Assembly: GCA_965217185.1 (NCBI GenBank) | Contig: OZ244252.1 | Span: 2,368,001-2,432,000, forward strand | DNA from: an uncultured Candidatus Entotheonella sp. | GTDB lineage: Bacteria; Tectomicrobia; Entotheonellia; Entotheonellales; Entotheonellaceae | Reading direction: 5' to 3' | Length of the DNA stretch: 64,000 nt | Shown: positions 19,621 through 28,985 of the stretch, one piece after another | Layout of the letters: each line of letters starts with the position of its first letter | Numbering within the stretch: the first letter of the stretch is position 1 | The notes under the pieces: model-generated | What the model saw: only the letters and a program-made list of their open reading frames with translations | What the model was told of the DNA's origin: nothing | The model's database searches: none | Translations under genes and position numbers: made by a program

Positions 19621-19728
19621 TGTCCTATGCCTCCAATGAGGACGGCATTTTTGTTGCCCTGTTCGTCAATAACAAATTGAACGCCTTTCCCGATACCTCT
19701 TCCTTCCCTCGTTGTCCTGCTCCCTCCC

Positions 19729-20496
19729 CTATGCGAACGTCGCCGAAACGGCGCCCACCGACGAAAAGTGCGTTTCCCAGCTCTCGCCCTGCTTGATGGG
19801 CAGCGGCTTGGTGAACGAACCGGTGATGACGCACTGCCCGGCCTCCAGCGCCCTGTCAAAGGCGGCGAGCTGGTTGGCGAGCCAAGCCAGGGATTGGAGT
19901 TGATCGTCGATGACCTCGGCGCCAACGAGGGTGGCGATGACGTTGCCATCGGTCTTGATCTCGGCGGTGACCTCGCCCAGCACCAATTCCTGCGGGTACG
20001 GCTCCACCGCGGTGTGCGTCACGTAGCCCCACTGGCTGACGTTGTCGGCGATGCCCAGGGGCAAATCCTCCGCCATTTTGACCTGCAGCGACACAACCTC
20101 GAACGACGGCGCCACCGAACTGACCGCGTTGAGCGCCTGCTCGCGGGTCACGCCAGGGCCGCGCAGCGTTTCGCCGAGGGTGAAGCAAAGCTCGGATTCG
20201 ATGGCCGGGTTGACGATGTCGGCGAAATTGAAGCGGTGGCCGCTGCCGTAGGCGTTGCTTTCCAGCAGGAAGCCGAAAGCCGGATCGCCGGTGGCGTAGA
20301 TCTGTCGAATGGCGTCGGCTGTCAACCCGATTTTCCACCCCGCCTGCGTTTCGCCGCTGGCCTTGTAATGCTCCAGAACTCCCAGCTGGACCTGGTAAGC
20401 GTCATGCAACGACAGCTTGCCCTGCAGCGCCTCGGGCGCGTGATCGCCCCGCTGCAAACCCTGCCACTTGATCTCGATTGCCTCGTCAACGGCCAT
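19729..20496 (-). CDS. 2-keto-4-pentenoate hydratase / FAH-family protein
   Basis: DAYQVQ, GWKIGLT, IESELCF, IADN, LAWLANQL, ITGSF. Confidence 0.88.
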   Translation of the reverse strand: MAVDEAIEIKWQGLQRGDHAPEALQGKLSLHDAYQVQLGVLEHYKASGETQAGWKIGLTADAIRQIYATGDPAFGFLLESNAYGSGHRFNFADIVNPAIESELCFTLGETLRGPGVTREQALNAVSSVAPSFEVVSLQVKMAEDLPLGIADNVSQWGYVTHTAVEPYPQELVLGEVTAEIKTDGNVIATLVGAEVIDDQLQSLAWLANQLAAFDRALEAGQCVITGSFTKPLPIKQGESWETHFSSVGAVSATFA

Positions 20497-20623
20497 TCTG
20501 GTTCTCCTTATTCATTGCGAAAGATGGCGTGCCTGTCCCGTTAGGCAACGGGGGCGGAATGTAGCAAACACCCCTCACCGGGGGCAAGTTGCCGCGCCGA
20601 CGAGTCGGTTCGCAGCTCGCTTT

Positions 20624-20674
20624 CCCCCTCACCCCAACCCTCTCCCCTGGAGGGAGAGGGTTGGGGTGAGGGGG
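20624..20674. repeat. Full palindromic copy of repeat family B
   Basis: Perfect 23-bp stem CCCCCTCACCCCAACCCTCTCCC-CTGGA-GGGAGAGGGTTGGGGTGAGGGGG. Confidence 0.85.
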
Positions 20675-20731
20675 TCGATTGAGCGGGTTCTCTCAAACTG
20701 GGGCCTACCTGCCAACGCGATGCGGTCGGCT

Positions 20732-21868
20732 TCAGGGGAAATGCCGGAGGCGCCGGTGCAGCCGCAGCCCGACGCTCAGCGGCAGGAGCAGCAGGCCGGG
20801 CAGAAACCAGTGCGCCACCGGCTGTCTGGTTACTTCGGTGGCGACCACGCTTCTGCCGCGCGCCGTGGTGTCGATGTCGCGGGCGATCTGCGCGAAAATG
20901 CTGCGCAGGCCACTGCTGGTCTCATCCCAAGTGTACGCCCGCCAGCTCGGATTGCGTCCGAGCAGCGGGTTCAACTGCGCCGGGTGGGATTTCAGGCTGA
21001 CGAAGTAGAGATGCCGAAAGCCCATTTGCTCGTAGTAGTCCAAAATTTTCAGGTAGTCCACGCGGGTCGCGTCGGAACTGGATTCCAAGAGTTGGCCGTC
21101 GGTAATGAGGATCATCGACTTGCCGGTGCCGATGTCGGCCAGGGTGTCGACGAGCGGGATTTCCAGTTGGAATTCGTCTTTGCTCTTGCTACGGAAATGC
21201 CCCAGGAATTGGGCCAGAACGTCTTGCAACTCGCGGTATATGCCGTCCTGCGCCGGCACGTCGAGGCGCGCCTCCGCCACCCGCCGTTCCACTTCGTCCT
21301 CGACAAAACTGGCCAGCGCCTTGAACAGGCCGACGCCGAGCTGGGTGCCCTTGGTGCTCAGCATGGCGAGGTCCTGCGTCACGTCGAACTGCTGCACGAC
21401 GCTGCGCCGGGTGATCTCCATGATCACGCCGTCGTGGTTGCGCGTGAAGATACCGCCGCTGGCGTCGGAATCGAAACGCGCCACCGCCAGGCGGTCGTCC
21501 ACGGGCCGCCGGGCGATGAACGGCACCAGAAAACCCGTCACCACACGCTTCAGTAGCCCGGTCTGGATCATGCTGGCGGAGGTGTCGAGGAGCATGAGGA
21601 TGCTCCGTGCTTCTTCCACCTCGTGGGTTTCCACGGTGCCGAGGTAAGGCTCGGACATGACGACGAGCAAGATGGTGAGAAAGCCGTAGAGACAGTACAA
21701 CGGCAAGCGGGTGAGGCGGCGCTGTCCGGCCACCGCACTGGCGCGCGCGCGAACGGCCGGGGGTACGCTCACCGCCAGGTACGGCAGCGGACGGCGGCGC
21801 GGCCACCAAGCCAACGCGACGAGGGGCAGGGCGAGCAGGAAGACGGCGGGGTGCTCGAATTGCAACAT
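20732..21868 (-). CDS. Membrane-anchored vWA-domain protein (BatA-like)
   Basis: N-terminal FEHP plus TM helices, MIDAS LLDTSAS, GTQLG, LITDG, C-terminal TM. Confidence 0.8.
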   Translation of the reverse strand: MLQFEHPAVFLLALPLVALAWWPRRRPLPYLAVSVPPAVRARASAVAGQRRLTRLPLYCLYGFLTILLVVMSEPYLGTVETHEVEEARSILMLLDTSASMIQTGLLKRVVTGFLVPFIARRPVDDRLAVARFDSDASGGIFTRNHDGVIMEITRRSVVQQFDVTQDLAMLSTKGTQLGVGLFKALASFVEDEVERRVAEARLDVPAQDGIYRELQDVLAQFLGHFRSKSKDEFQLEIPLVDTLADIGTGKSMILITDGQLLESSSDATRVDYLKILDYYEQMGFRHLYFVSLKSHPAQLNPLLGRNPSWRAYTWDETSSGLRSIFAQIARDIDTTARGRSVVATEVTRQPVAHWFLPGLLLLPLSVGLRLHRRLRHFP

Positions 21869-21871
21869 GGG

Positions 21872-23743
21872 CTATTCACAAAGGGCTTCGGCAAGGCGGG
21901 TGGCGCGGCTCAGCAGATCATCGACGGTGTCTTTGGCAAGCGACAGTTGCTGGCTCAGCGCCTGGCCCTCGATGGCTTGCAGCAACTCCAATGCATCCAC
22001 CACCGGCGGCGCCTGCGGGTCGACCGAGGTGGCCAGCATGTACCGATGGATCGTTGCGCTCGACGTGCCCAGGCCGCCGAGCAACCTGGCCTCGTCATCG
22101 TAGCAGCGCTCGCCGAGAAGCTGTTTCAGAAATACGCTGAGCGATCGCAGCCAAGCACGCTCGCTAGCGCTCGCTTGCATCTGATTGATACGCTCAGCTT
22201 CGTTCGTTGTGGCGTCCGCGTGACCCTGCAGGGAAAGTGATTCCGCCTGCTGCGTCAGATCGCCGAGCCGCTCACGGTAGCGCCGCCGCAGAGCCGCCAA
22301 TGCCTGCGCGTGCGCCTTGGTGTCGTCAATAGCGGCGGTGGCGCGAAAGCTCCAGGTGCGGTTCGAGACGCGCAGGGCGCCAATGAGCCCGGCAACCATG
22401 CACAAGACGCCCAGCGCCAGACTGGTCGGGCTGATCCAGGTTGGCGTCTGCAGAGCCGCGACGGGCAGCAGTTGCCCGGGCATTTGACCGACCTGCCGCG
22501 GCAGGTGGCCGGGAATGCTGAGGAAGTTCTGCGCCTTGGCGTTGAACACCTCGATGCGGGGTTGGTCGTTCAGGCCCGAGTAGGTGGCCTGAATGGGATA
22601 CGGGGAGAAAATGTAGATGCCGGTTTTGGACAGCCGGAAAGTCAGCGACACGTCGTCCAGGGCGCGCCCGTCGCCGAGCTCACGGGTTTGCCGCTCGATG
22701 TCGTCGACCTGGATGAGTTCGTCCGGCAGCCTGGTGTTGTCCGACAGCCAAGCACGCACGGCCCCCTCGGTGAAGGCTTTGGGCAGCAGATCGACGTCCT
22801 GGTCGCGCTCGATGGCGAGCTTGTAGCGCACCGGTTCCCAGATGCCGAACGAATTGATGCCGGCGGGCAGTTCCCAGCTTGCCTGCACCTCCACCGGCAT
22901 GCGCAGCCGCAGCCAGCGCAATTGCGCCTGCTTCACGATGCCGGGCATCTGCTGGTAGCGCAGCACCGTGGCCATGATGTTACTGGGCGCCTCCTTGCTG
23001 AGTTGCAGGACTACCGGCTGCTCAAAATCAGGCTCCTCCTCGGATTCGTCCTGCACCGGTTGCACGTGGTTGGTCCGGTTCAGTGACACGATGCGGCTGA
23101 GGCCGCCGGGGATGATCTGCGGCGCCAGGAATTCCGCCTCGAAAATCGGGAACGGCGCCGCCATCCTGTCCGGGAAGAAAAACGCCGGCAGGGCGTAATC
23201 CACCTCCGAACGGTCGGCCAGCTCCTGCAGGGCCTGCAGGAAAACGCCCAGGGGCAAGCGGTGGTCGAAGGTGACCAGGAAAACGGCGAAATCCTTGCCG
23301 GCCTTCAGGCGCCGCGCCCCCAGCGGGTCCTGAATGTAACCGACCGCGAAGGTTTCGGCGGTTTTCGGACCGGGCAGATCGCGGAAGGCGGCGATGGACG
23401 GCAGGCTCACCGGCGGCTCTTGCAACAGCTCGCGCACCCGGCGTTCGCTGTAGTCGTTCGGCTTTTCCAGCACGATGACGGCGTGCTGGCGCGACAGCAT
23501 AGGCAGCAGGTCCTCGCGCTGCAATCCCGCGTCGACCATGCGGTAATGCACGAAATGCTCGGGTTCGTAGTACAGCCGGTCCTCTTCAGCGCGTTCGTAA
23601 ATGGCGTCCTGCGGCCAAGCGGGCGGTGCCAGACCGGCACTCGCTGCCAGCAGCAAGCTGGCAAAGGCCAGCAAAACGCGGCGTCCGGTGGATGGTTTTG
23701 GTGTGGACTGTCTTGGAGCCAAAAGAGAATCCTTTATTTCCAT
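21872..23743 (-). CDS. Large exported/membrane-anchored hypothetical protein of the MoxR operon
   Basis: 623-aa ORF with signal peptide and one late TM helix, lying between DUF58 and vWA genes. Confidence 0.7.
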   Translation of the reverse strand: MEIKDSLLAPRQSTPKPSTGRRVLLAFASLLLAASAGLAPPAWPQDAIYERAEEDRLYYEPEHFVHYRMVDAGLQREDLLPMLSRQHAVIVLEKPNDYSERRVRELLQEPPVSLPSIAAFRDLPGPKTAETFAVGYIQDPLGARRLKAGKDFAVFLVTFDHRLPLGVFLQALQELADRSEVDYALPAFFFPDRMAAPFPIFEAEFLAPQIIPGGLSRIVSLNRTNHVQPVQDESEEEPDFEQPVVLQLSKEAPSNIMATVLRYQQMPGIVKQAQLRWLRLRMPVEVQASWELPAGINSFGIWEPVRYKLAIERDQDVDLLPKAFTEGAVRAWLSDNTRLPDELIQVDDIERQTRELGDGRALDDVSLTFRLSKTGIYIFSPYPIQATYSGLNDQPRIEVFNAKAQNFLSIPGHLPRQVGQMPGQLLPVAALQTPTWISPTSLALGVLCMVAGLIGALRVSNRTWSFRATAAIDDTKAHAQALAALRRRYRERLGDLTQQAESLSLQGHADATTNEAERINQMQASASERAWLRSLSVFLKQLLGERCYDDEARLLGGLGTSSATIHRYMLATSVDPQAPPVVDALELLQAIEGQALSQQLSLAKDTVDDLLSRATRLAEALCE

Positions 23744-23761
23744 GCCGTGACGAGCAGACGT

Positions 23762-23791
23762 GTCGGATTACGCTGCGCTAATCCGACCTGC
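23762..23791. repeat. REP-like family A copy
   Basis: GTCGGATTACGCTGCGCTAATCCGACCTGC, intergenic within the operon. Confidence 0.85.
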
Positions 23792-23808
23792 ATCGATCGA
23801 ACCGGCGA

Positions 23809-24732
23809 CTACGGGCGTCGCGTTTCGAGGTACTCGATAACGGCGTCCACGTCGAAGGTTTGCCGCGACACGAACAACCCCTCCAGGCCCGAGGCCTCGA
23901 ACTCCGCCCGATAGCGCTCACGCCGTTCCAGCCTTTCCTCGTGCAGGAGCCGCAGCCAAGCGCGCGCGTCAACCGTCTGCAACTGCCCGCTCTCGACATC
24001 GCGGTACGTCAGCAGCCCAGCCGAGGTCGGCAGGTGTTCCGGCACGGATTCTTCCAACACGACGGGCAGCAACGGGTGCATGGCGCGTATGCGCTGCGCC
24101 CCCGGCAGCCAGTCGTCCTCGGTCTCGAAATCGGACAGCAGCAACAGCAGGCGCCTTTTCTTCTGCTGCGAGGCGCCCTCCTGATTCTCGAAGAACCGCA
24201 GAGCCGGCAACAGCGCGGTAGCAGCGCCGCTTTCCGGCTGGTGCTCCCAGATCATCCTCAGCAGATTGACGAAGGTCTTTTCCGAGCGAAACGGCTGCAG
24301 CACGGTTTGGATGTTGCGATCGAAGCCGACGAATCCCAGGAGGTCCTGCTGGCCGATGACCGAGCGCCCGATGATGGCGATGAGCTCCAGGAGGAGTCGT
24401 TGCTTGCAGCCTTCGGCAGAAAAGCCGGTAAAGATCGAGGCGCTGAGATCGGCGGCGATCCACACTTCGAGCACACGCTCCTCGCGCAGGCGGCGCACCA
24501 GCAGGCCGTCTTCCAGGCGCTCGCTGGCTCTCCAGTCGATGTGGGCGGTGTCCTCGCCGAGGGCGTACGGCTGGAAGAACTCGAAATCCTCGCCGCGGCC
24601 GCGAAAGGTGCTGCCGTGCATACCCTGCATGACGGTTTGCACCCGTTGTCTCAGGTGTAGATCGGCGCGGCGCGTGGCGTGAGCGTACCAAGTGCCGAAA
24701 TCCATGTCGCCCATATCGCTCGCTGTCTGCAT
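23809..24732 (-). CDS. DUF58 protein
   Basis: GMHGSTFRGRGEDF...YALGEDTAHIDWRAS, DLSAS, LLSDF. Confidence 0.9.
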   Translation of the reverse strand: MQTASDMGDMDFGTWYAHATRRADLHLRQRVQTVMQGMHGSTFRGRGEDFEFFQPYALGEDTAHIDWRASERLEDGLLVRRLREERVLEVWIAADLSASIFTGFSAEGCKQRLLLELIAIIGRSVIGQQDLLGFVGFDRNIQTVLQPFRSEKTFVNLLRMIWEHQPESGAATALLPALRFFENQEGASQQKKRRLLLLLSDFETEDDWLPGAQRIRAMHPLLPVVLEESVPEHLPTSAGLLTYRDVESGQLQTVDARAWLRLLHEERLERRERYRAEFEASGLEGLFVSRQTFDVDAVIEYLETRRP

Positions 24733-24761
24733 ATATGCGTCCGGCTCTGCTCGCGGTGGCC

Positions 24762-25931
24762 TTAATCGGCCACTTCGGTGGGAACGCCGCGCAGGAGGCG
24801 GCGCACCAGTTGGCGCAGGAAGCCGACGTCGTCGCGCAGGTCGAAGGCGCGCTGGCCATGCTCGATCAGGTGGTCGTCCAGAAACGCCATCGGGCGGCTG
24901 GCCCGCTGTGCCAGCAGGGTGCCGTCCAGCACCAGACGGTGATTGAACACGTCGAACACCAAGTCCTGGATGTCCTCATACCACACCTCGTCGCGGCCTT
25001 TGAGGAAGGCTCGCGTCTTGGCGAGGTTGATCAGGATAAGGTGGGTACGCGGCGAGCAGCCGACCAGCACGGGTGAGCGGTCGCCGATGTACAGGTCCTC
25101 GAGGCATTGCCGGTGCAGCGAGCCGCTGGGGTCGTGGGTGGGCGGCCGCGTCGCGTGCACAAGCCGTACCGCGTAGGCGCGGCAGGCGCGGTCGACGTAT
25201 ACGTTGGCGCGAATGAAGGCCCGTGCGGCGACCACTTCTTCCCGGCTCATCACCGGCTTGAGCGACAGGTCGGCGAACACGTCCTCGCGCTCGGACAGGA
25301 GCATTTCCTCGGCTTCGGAGAGGTAATCCAGGGTGATGCGCATGGCGAAACGGTCGAGGAGAGCCTCCGGCAGCGGATAGGTGCCCTCCTGTTCGAGCGG
25401 ATTTTGAGTGGCAACGACGAAAAAGGGCTCGTCGATGTAGAAGCGCTCGTGGCCAATGTCCACTTTGCCCTCCGCCATGGCTTGCAGGGCGGCGCTGAGG
25501 GTGCGGGGCGGCGTGCGGTTGATTTCGTCGAGGAGAACGCTGTTGGAAAAAATGGGGCCGCGCAGGAAGGTGAATGCCTTCTTCCCATTCTGGCTTTCGA
25601 GCACCGGGGCACCGAGGATGTCGGCGGGCAGCATGTCGGCCACCAACTGAATTCTGCGAAAGACGCCGCCGATGAGTTGGGCGATGGTTTCGCCGGCGGT
25701 GGATTTGCCGAGGCCGGGATAGGCCAGCAGCAACAGGTGGGCGCAGGTGGTACGGCCCAGACTTTTCTGGCCGTCTGAGAAGAGGCCGTAGAGCAGCCGC
25801 CGTACCAGCCGGTCATAGCCGACCATCACCTGCCGGATTTCCCGATCCAACCCCGTGAGTTTTTTCCGGTACGTTTTCCTCTCCCCGGCAAGGGCGCTCA
25901 AGACCTCCATGATGTTGGGCTGTTCCTCCAA
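24762..25931 (-). CDS. MoxR-family AAA+ ATPase
   Basis: YPGLGKS, DMLPADILG, LLDEINR, ATQNPLEQEGTYPLPEALLDRF. Confidence 0.93.
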   Translation of the reverse strand: MEEQPNIMEVLSALAGERKTYRKKLTGLDREIRQVMVGYDRLVRRLLYGLFSDGQKSLGRTTCAHLLLLAYPGLGKSTAGETIAQLIGGVFRRIQLVADMLPADILGAPVLESQNGKKAFTFLRGPIFSNSVLLDEINRTPPRTLSAALQAMAEGKVDIGHERFYIDEPFFVVATQNPLEQEGTYPLPEALLDRFAMRITLDYLSEAEEMLLSEREDVFADLSLKPVMSREEVVAARAFIRANVYVDRACRAYAVRLVHATRPPTHDPSGSLHRQCLEDLYIGDRSPVLVGCSPRTHLILINLAKTRAFLKGRDEVWYEDIQDLVFDVFNHRLVLDGTLLAQRASRPMAFLDDHLIEHGQRAFDLRDDVGFLRQLVRRLLRGVPTEVAD

Positions 25932-26019
25932 TTTTATGTCGTGGCGAAAGGGTCAAAGATTCTTTTGTATCAGAACTGCCTATACCAGACAAGGAGATTC
26001 GGCCAGGGCGGGCCGAGCC

Positions 26020-27309
26020 TCACAGCACGTTCCAGCGGCGGTTTGCCGCCTTTTCCGCCAAGAGGGTGTCGACGATCCAGTCGCGCACGGCGGGGGCAAC
26101 GTAGAAGGTGGGCTTGACGAGCTCAGCCTCGTCGGCGATGAGCCCCTCGGCCAAAGCGCGGGCGGCTACCGCGGTGCCGGGCAGCACGCTAACGCCGACG
26201 CGCAGGTTGGCCAGGGAGGGTTTGACGCCGCGCAGAAAGTCGAGCTTGGCGTCGACCGTTTGGCGCGTCTCGTCGGGCTCGCCGAAGGTAACGGAGAGGG
26301 TGTAGTTGAGCCCATGCTCTTCGCACAGGCGGCAGGTATCGAGTGCCGGTTGTAGCCGTTCGGCGAGATTTCCCGCTGCCAAGGGGGCGGTGGGCAGGCC
26401 ACCCATGAGGACGAGGACGCACCCGGCCTGATTCATGAGCCGGATCAGTTCGGCGTCGCAGCCGAATGGCGCCAGGCATGTGTTCCAGTGCACCTGCGTG
26501 CCGGAGGCGACGAGGGCACGGCACAGATCCTTGGCATGCGACAGCGGCACGTTGAAGGCGTTGTCGATGAAGAACACCTTGCGCAGACCGTGGCGGGCTT
26601 CCAGCTCTTGCACCTCGGTGAGGACCTCGTCGATAGGGCGTATAACGCGCCACGTTTGCTGCTGCGCGCCGTCATCGGCAGCAGTGGGGTAGGCGAAGCT
26701 GCTGAGCTTGGTTACCACGCCCATGCCGAAGCCGGCCTGCGCGTATTTGGCAATGTCCAGGTCGTCCAGGCGAGGCGGGTGGTTGAAGGCGCTGCCGTCG
26801 CCGGGCGGATTCACGACGACGCGGCCGTCCCGGCGGTAGGCCAGTCCGGGCAGATGATCGTGCGGCGCGCCGGATTCCAGGCTGTCGGCGAGGCGCACGA
26901 AGGTGTCGGCGGCGTCGCCGACCAGCCCCAGGTCCGGCTCCAGATAGTCGAATACCGCCTGCGGCAAAACGCTGAAGGCCGGACCGCCGCACACGATCGT
27001 GGCGCCGCAGCAGGCTCGCACCGTGTCGATCACCGCCTTCGAAGCGGGCAGCGCCCATTGCGGGTCGAGGTAGCTATGGTTGCTCAGGTTGCGCAGGGAG
27101 ATACCCACCAGATCGGGTTGCACGTCACGCACCGCCCGCTCGACGTCGGCGGAAGCGTCCTCGGAGAACATCAGGTCCAGCGACGTGACGGTGTGCCGCG
27201 AGTTCGTAAAAGCGCCGGCGACGTAGGCCAGCCCGATCGGCAACGGCTTGGCGTTCAGACGGCTCATCAGGCGGTCGTGCCGGTTGGTGGCGATCAGCAG
27301 CACGCGCAC
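26020..27309 (-). CDS. Cobalamin-binding radical-SAM-like protein lacking the CxxxCxxC motif
   Basis: B12-binding N-terminus (PIGLAYVA, PDLVGISLRN, IVCGGPAFS); barrel motifs FFIDNAFN, FGEPDET, LPGT; the Fe-S loop reads VTKLSSFAYPTAAD with no Cys. Confidence 0.75.
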   Translation of the reverse strand: MRVLLIATNRHDRLMSRLNAKPLPIGLAYVAGAFTNSRHTVTSLDLMFSEDASADVERAVRDVQPDLVGISLRNLSNHSYLDPQWALPASKAVIDTVRACCGATIVCGGPAFSVLPQAVFDYLEPDLGLVGDAADTFVRLADSLESGAPHDHLPGLAYRRDGRVVVNPPGDGSAFNHPPRLDDLDIAKYAQAGFGMGVVTKLSSFAYPTAADDGAQQQTWRVIRPIDEVLTEVQELEARHGLRKVFFIDNAFNVPLSHAKDLCRALVASGTQVHWNTCLAPFGCDAELIRLMNQAGCVLVLMGGLPTAPLAAGNLAERLQPALDTCRLCEEHGLNYTLSVTFGEPDETRQTVDAKLDFLRGVKPSLANLRVGVSVLPGTAVAARALAEGLIADEAELVKPTFYVAPAVRDWIVDTLLAEKAANRRWNVL

Positions 27310-27472
27310 GGGATTCTCCTTCGTCGGTTGGATTCACGTATCATCATCCGGCATTCCTGCCGATTCACGGAACGTCGGTCATCCATCGGCGATGTTTGCA
27401 CGCTCTGTCCTGTATGGGAACGACGGTGCACATCATACTACATGGCTTCGTTTCAATTGTGAGGAGTACGAC

Positions 27473-28039
27473 ATGAAGAACATCGTCATCTGCTGCGATG
27501 GAACCGGCAACGAATACGGACGCAACAACACGAACGTTGTGGAGACTTACGTCTTGGCGGAAAAGGACGCGTCACAGGTCGCGTATTACGACCCGGGCGT
27601 CGGCACCGGCGGCTGGGAATACGACGAAGAGAGCGCAAACCTGAAAGCCTTGGCCGATCAGGCGACCGGCTACGGGCTTCAGAAAAACGTCGAGGATGCC
27701 TACTGCTACCTGATGAGCTGCCACGAAGACGGCGACGCCGTTTATCTCTTCGGGTTCAGCCGCGGCACGTTCACGGTGCGTTCCCTGGCCGGGATGCTCC
27801 ACGCCTGCGGCCTGCTCGGCAAAGACGCCGGGAATCTGGTGGAATACGCCTCCAAAGTCTACAACACGCCAAGCAACAATGACGTGGCACGCGGCTTTCA
27901 CGAAGCCTTTGGCCGACCCCGCCCGGTTCATTTCATCGGCGTATGGGATACCGTGGAGTCGTTGGCGTTGAACGCCGGCAAACGCTTTCACAACACCCGA
28001 CTCGGCACCTTCAACACAGGCCCTTGCGTCTGCTACTGA
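27473..28039 (+). pseudogene. DUF2235 (Tle1-like alpha/beta hydrolase), C-terminally truncated
   Basis: MKNIVICCDGTGN, YYDPGVGT, FGFSRG, FIGVWDTV, then a stop before the expected HAxAxDE and His motifs. Confidence 0.75.
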
Positions 28040-28228
28040 CTTCGGGCCAAGTCAGGGTCTGTGGCAGCGGCGTGTCTGGGCTCCTGTATTGGCATAAGCC
28101 CAACTGCATCGCCCCATTGTTATCTTTCCAGTAATGCTAAAATCAGGAACTGCGTTGAACCTAGAGGAAGATTCAGGTATAGGTTCACATTCGATGAATG
28201 AAGCAATCCGGCGGCAAGGGGAGACGGT

Positions 28229-28975
28229 ATGCGATTAGCAGGCAAGGTAGCATTGATCAGCGGAGCCGCTGGCGGCATGGGGGCCGAAGAGGCGCGGCTG
28301 TTTGCCCGCGAGGGCGCCAAGGTCATTATTGCGGACGTGCTGGAAGACGAGGGCCGCCAGGTCGAGGCGGGCATTCGCGGTGCCGGCGGCGAGGCGGTGT
28401 TCGTACCGATGGACGTGACCCGCGAGGCCGATTGGGAGCAGGCGGTGGGCACCGCCGTGCAGCGCTTCGGCAAGCTCGACGTGCTGGTCAACAATGCCGG
28501 GCTGAGCAGCACCTCGGTCGCCGACCCGCTGGAGACGGCCGGCTGGCACCGCATCATGCAGGTGAACACCACCGGCGTGTTCCTGGGCACCCGGTTCGCC
28601 ATTCCGGCGATGCAGGCCGCGGGCAGCGGCTCGATCGTCAACATCTCCTCGATCATGGGCTTCGTGGGCGGCGAGTCCGGCCACCCGGCCTACCACGCCT
28701 CCAAGGGCGCCGTGCGCATCTTCACCAAGGCCATCGCCGTGCAGTACGGACCCGACAACATCCGCGCCAATTCCATCCATCCCGGCTTCATGCCGCCCAT
28801 GCGCTCGTCGCGCCAGACGGTGGCGGAGCGGGACGCCCGCATCGCGGACACGCCCCTGCGCCGTACCGGCCAGCTCATCGAGGTGGCCAACGGGGTGCTG
28901 TTCCTGGCCTCGGACGAGGCGTCCTTCATTACCGGCACCGAGCTGGTTATCGACGGCGGCTACATCGCCAGATAA
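28229..28975 (+). CDS. Short-chain dehydrogenase/reductase
   Basis: SGAAGGMG, NNAG, NISS, YHASK. Confidence 0.93.
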   Translation: MRLAGKVALISGAAGGMGAEEARLFAREGAKVIIADVLEDEGRQVEAGIRGAGGEAVFVPMDVTREADWEQAVGTAVQRFGKLDVLVNNAGLSSTSVADPLETAGWHRIMQVNTTGVFLGTRFAIPAMQAAGSGSIVNISSIMGFVGGESGHPAYHASKGAVRIFTKAIAVQYGPDNIRANSIHPGFMPPMRSSRQTVAERDARIADTPLRRTGQLIEVANGVLFLASDEASFITGTELVIDGGYIAR

Positions 28976-28985
28976 CGCCGGTGTC

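Noticed and set aside
27473..28039. Type VI secretion effector locus
   Set aside because: The DUF2235 gene is truncated and no vgrG, PAAR or immunity gene is adjacent.
28156..28187. TGAACCTA-N16-TAGGTTCA inverted repeat upstream of the SDR gene
   Set aside because: Single 8-bp pair; could be an operator, but no cognate regulator or second copy is visible.
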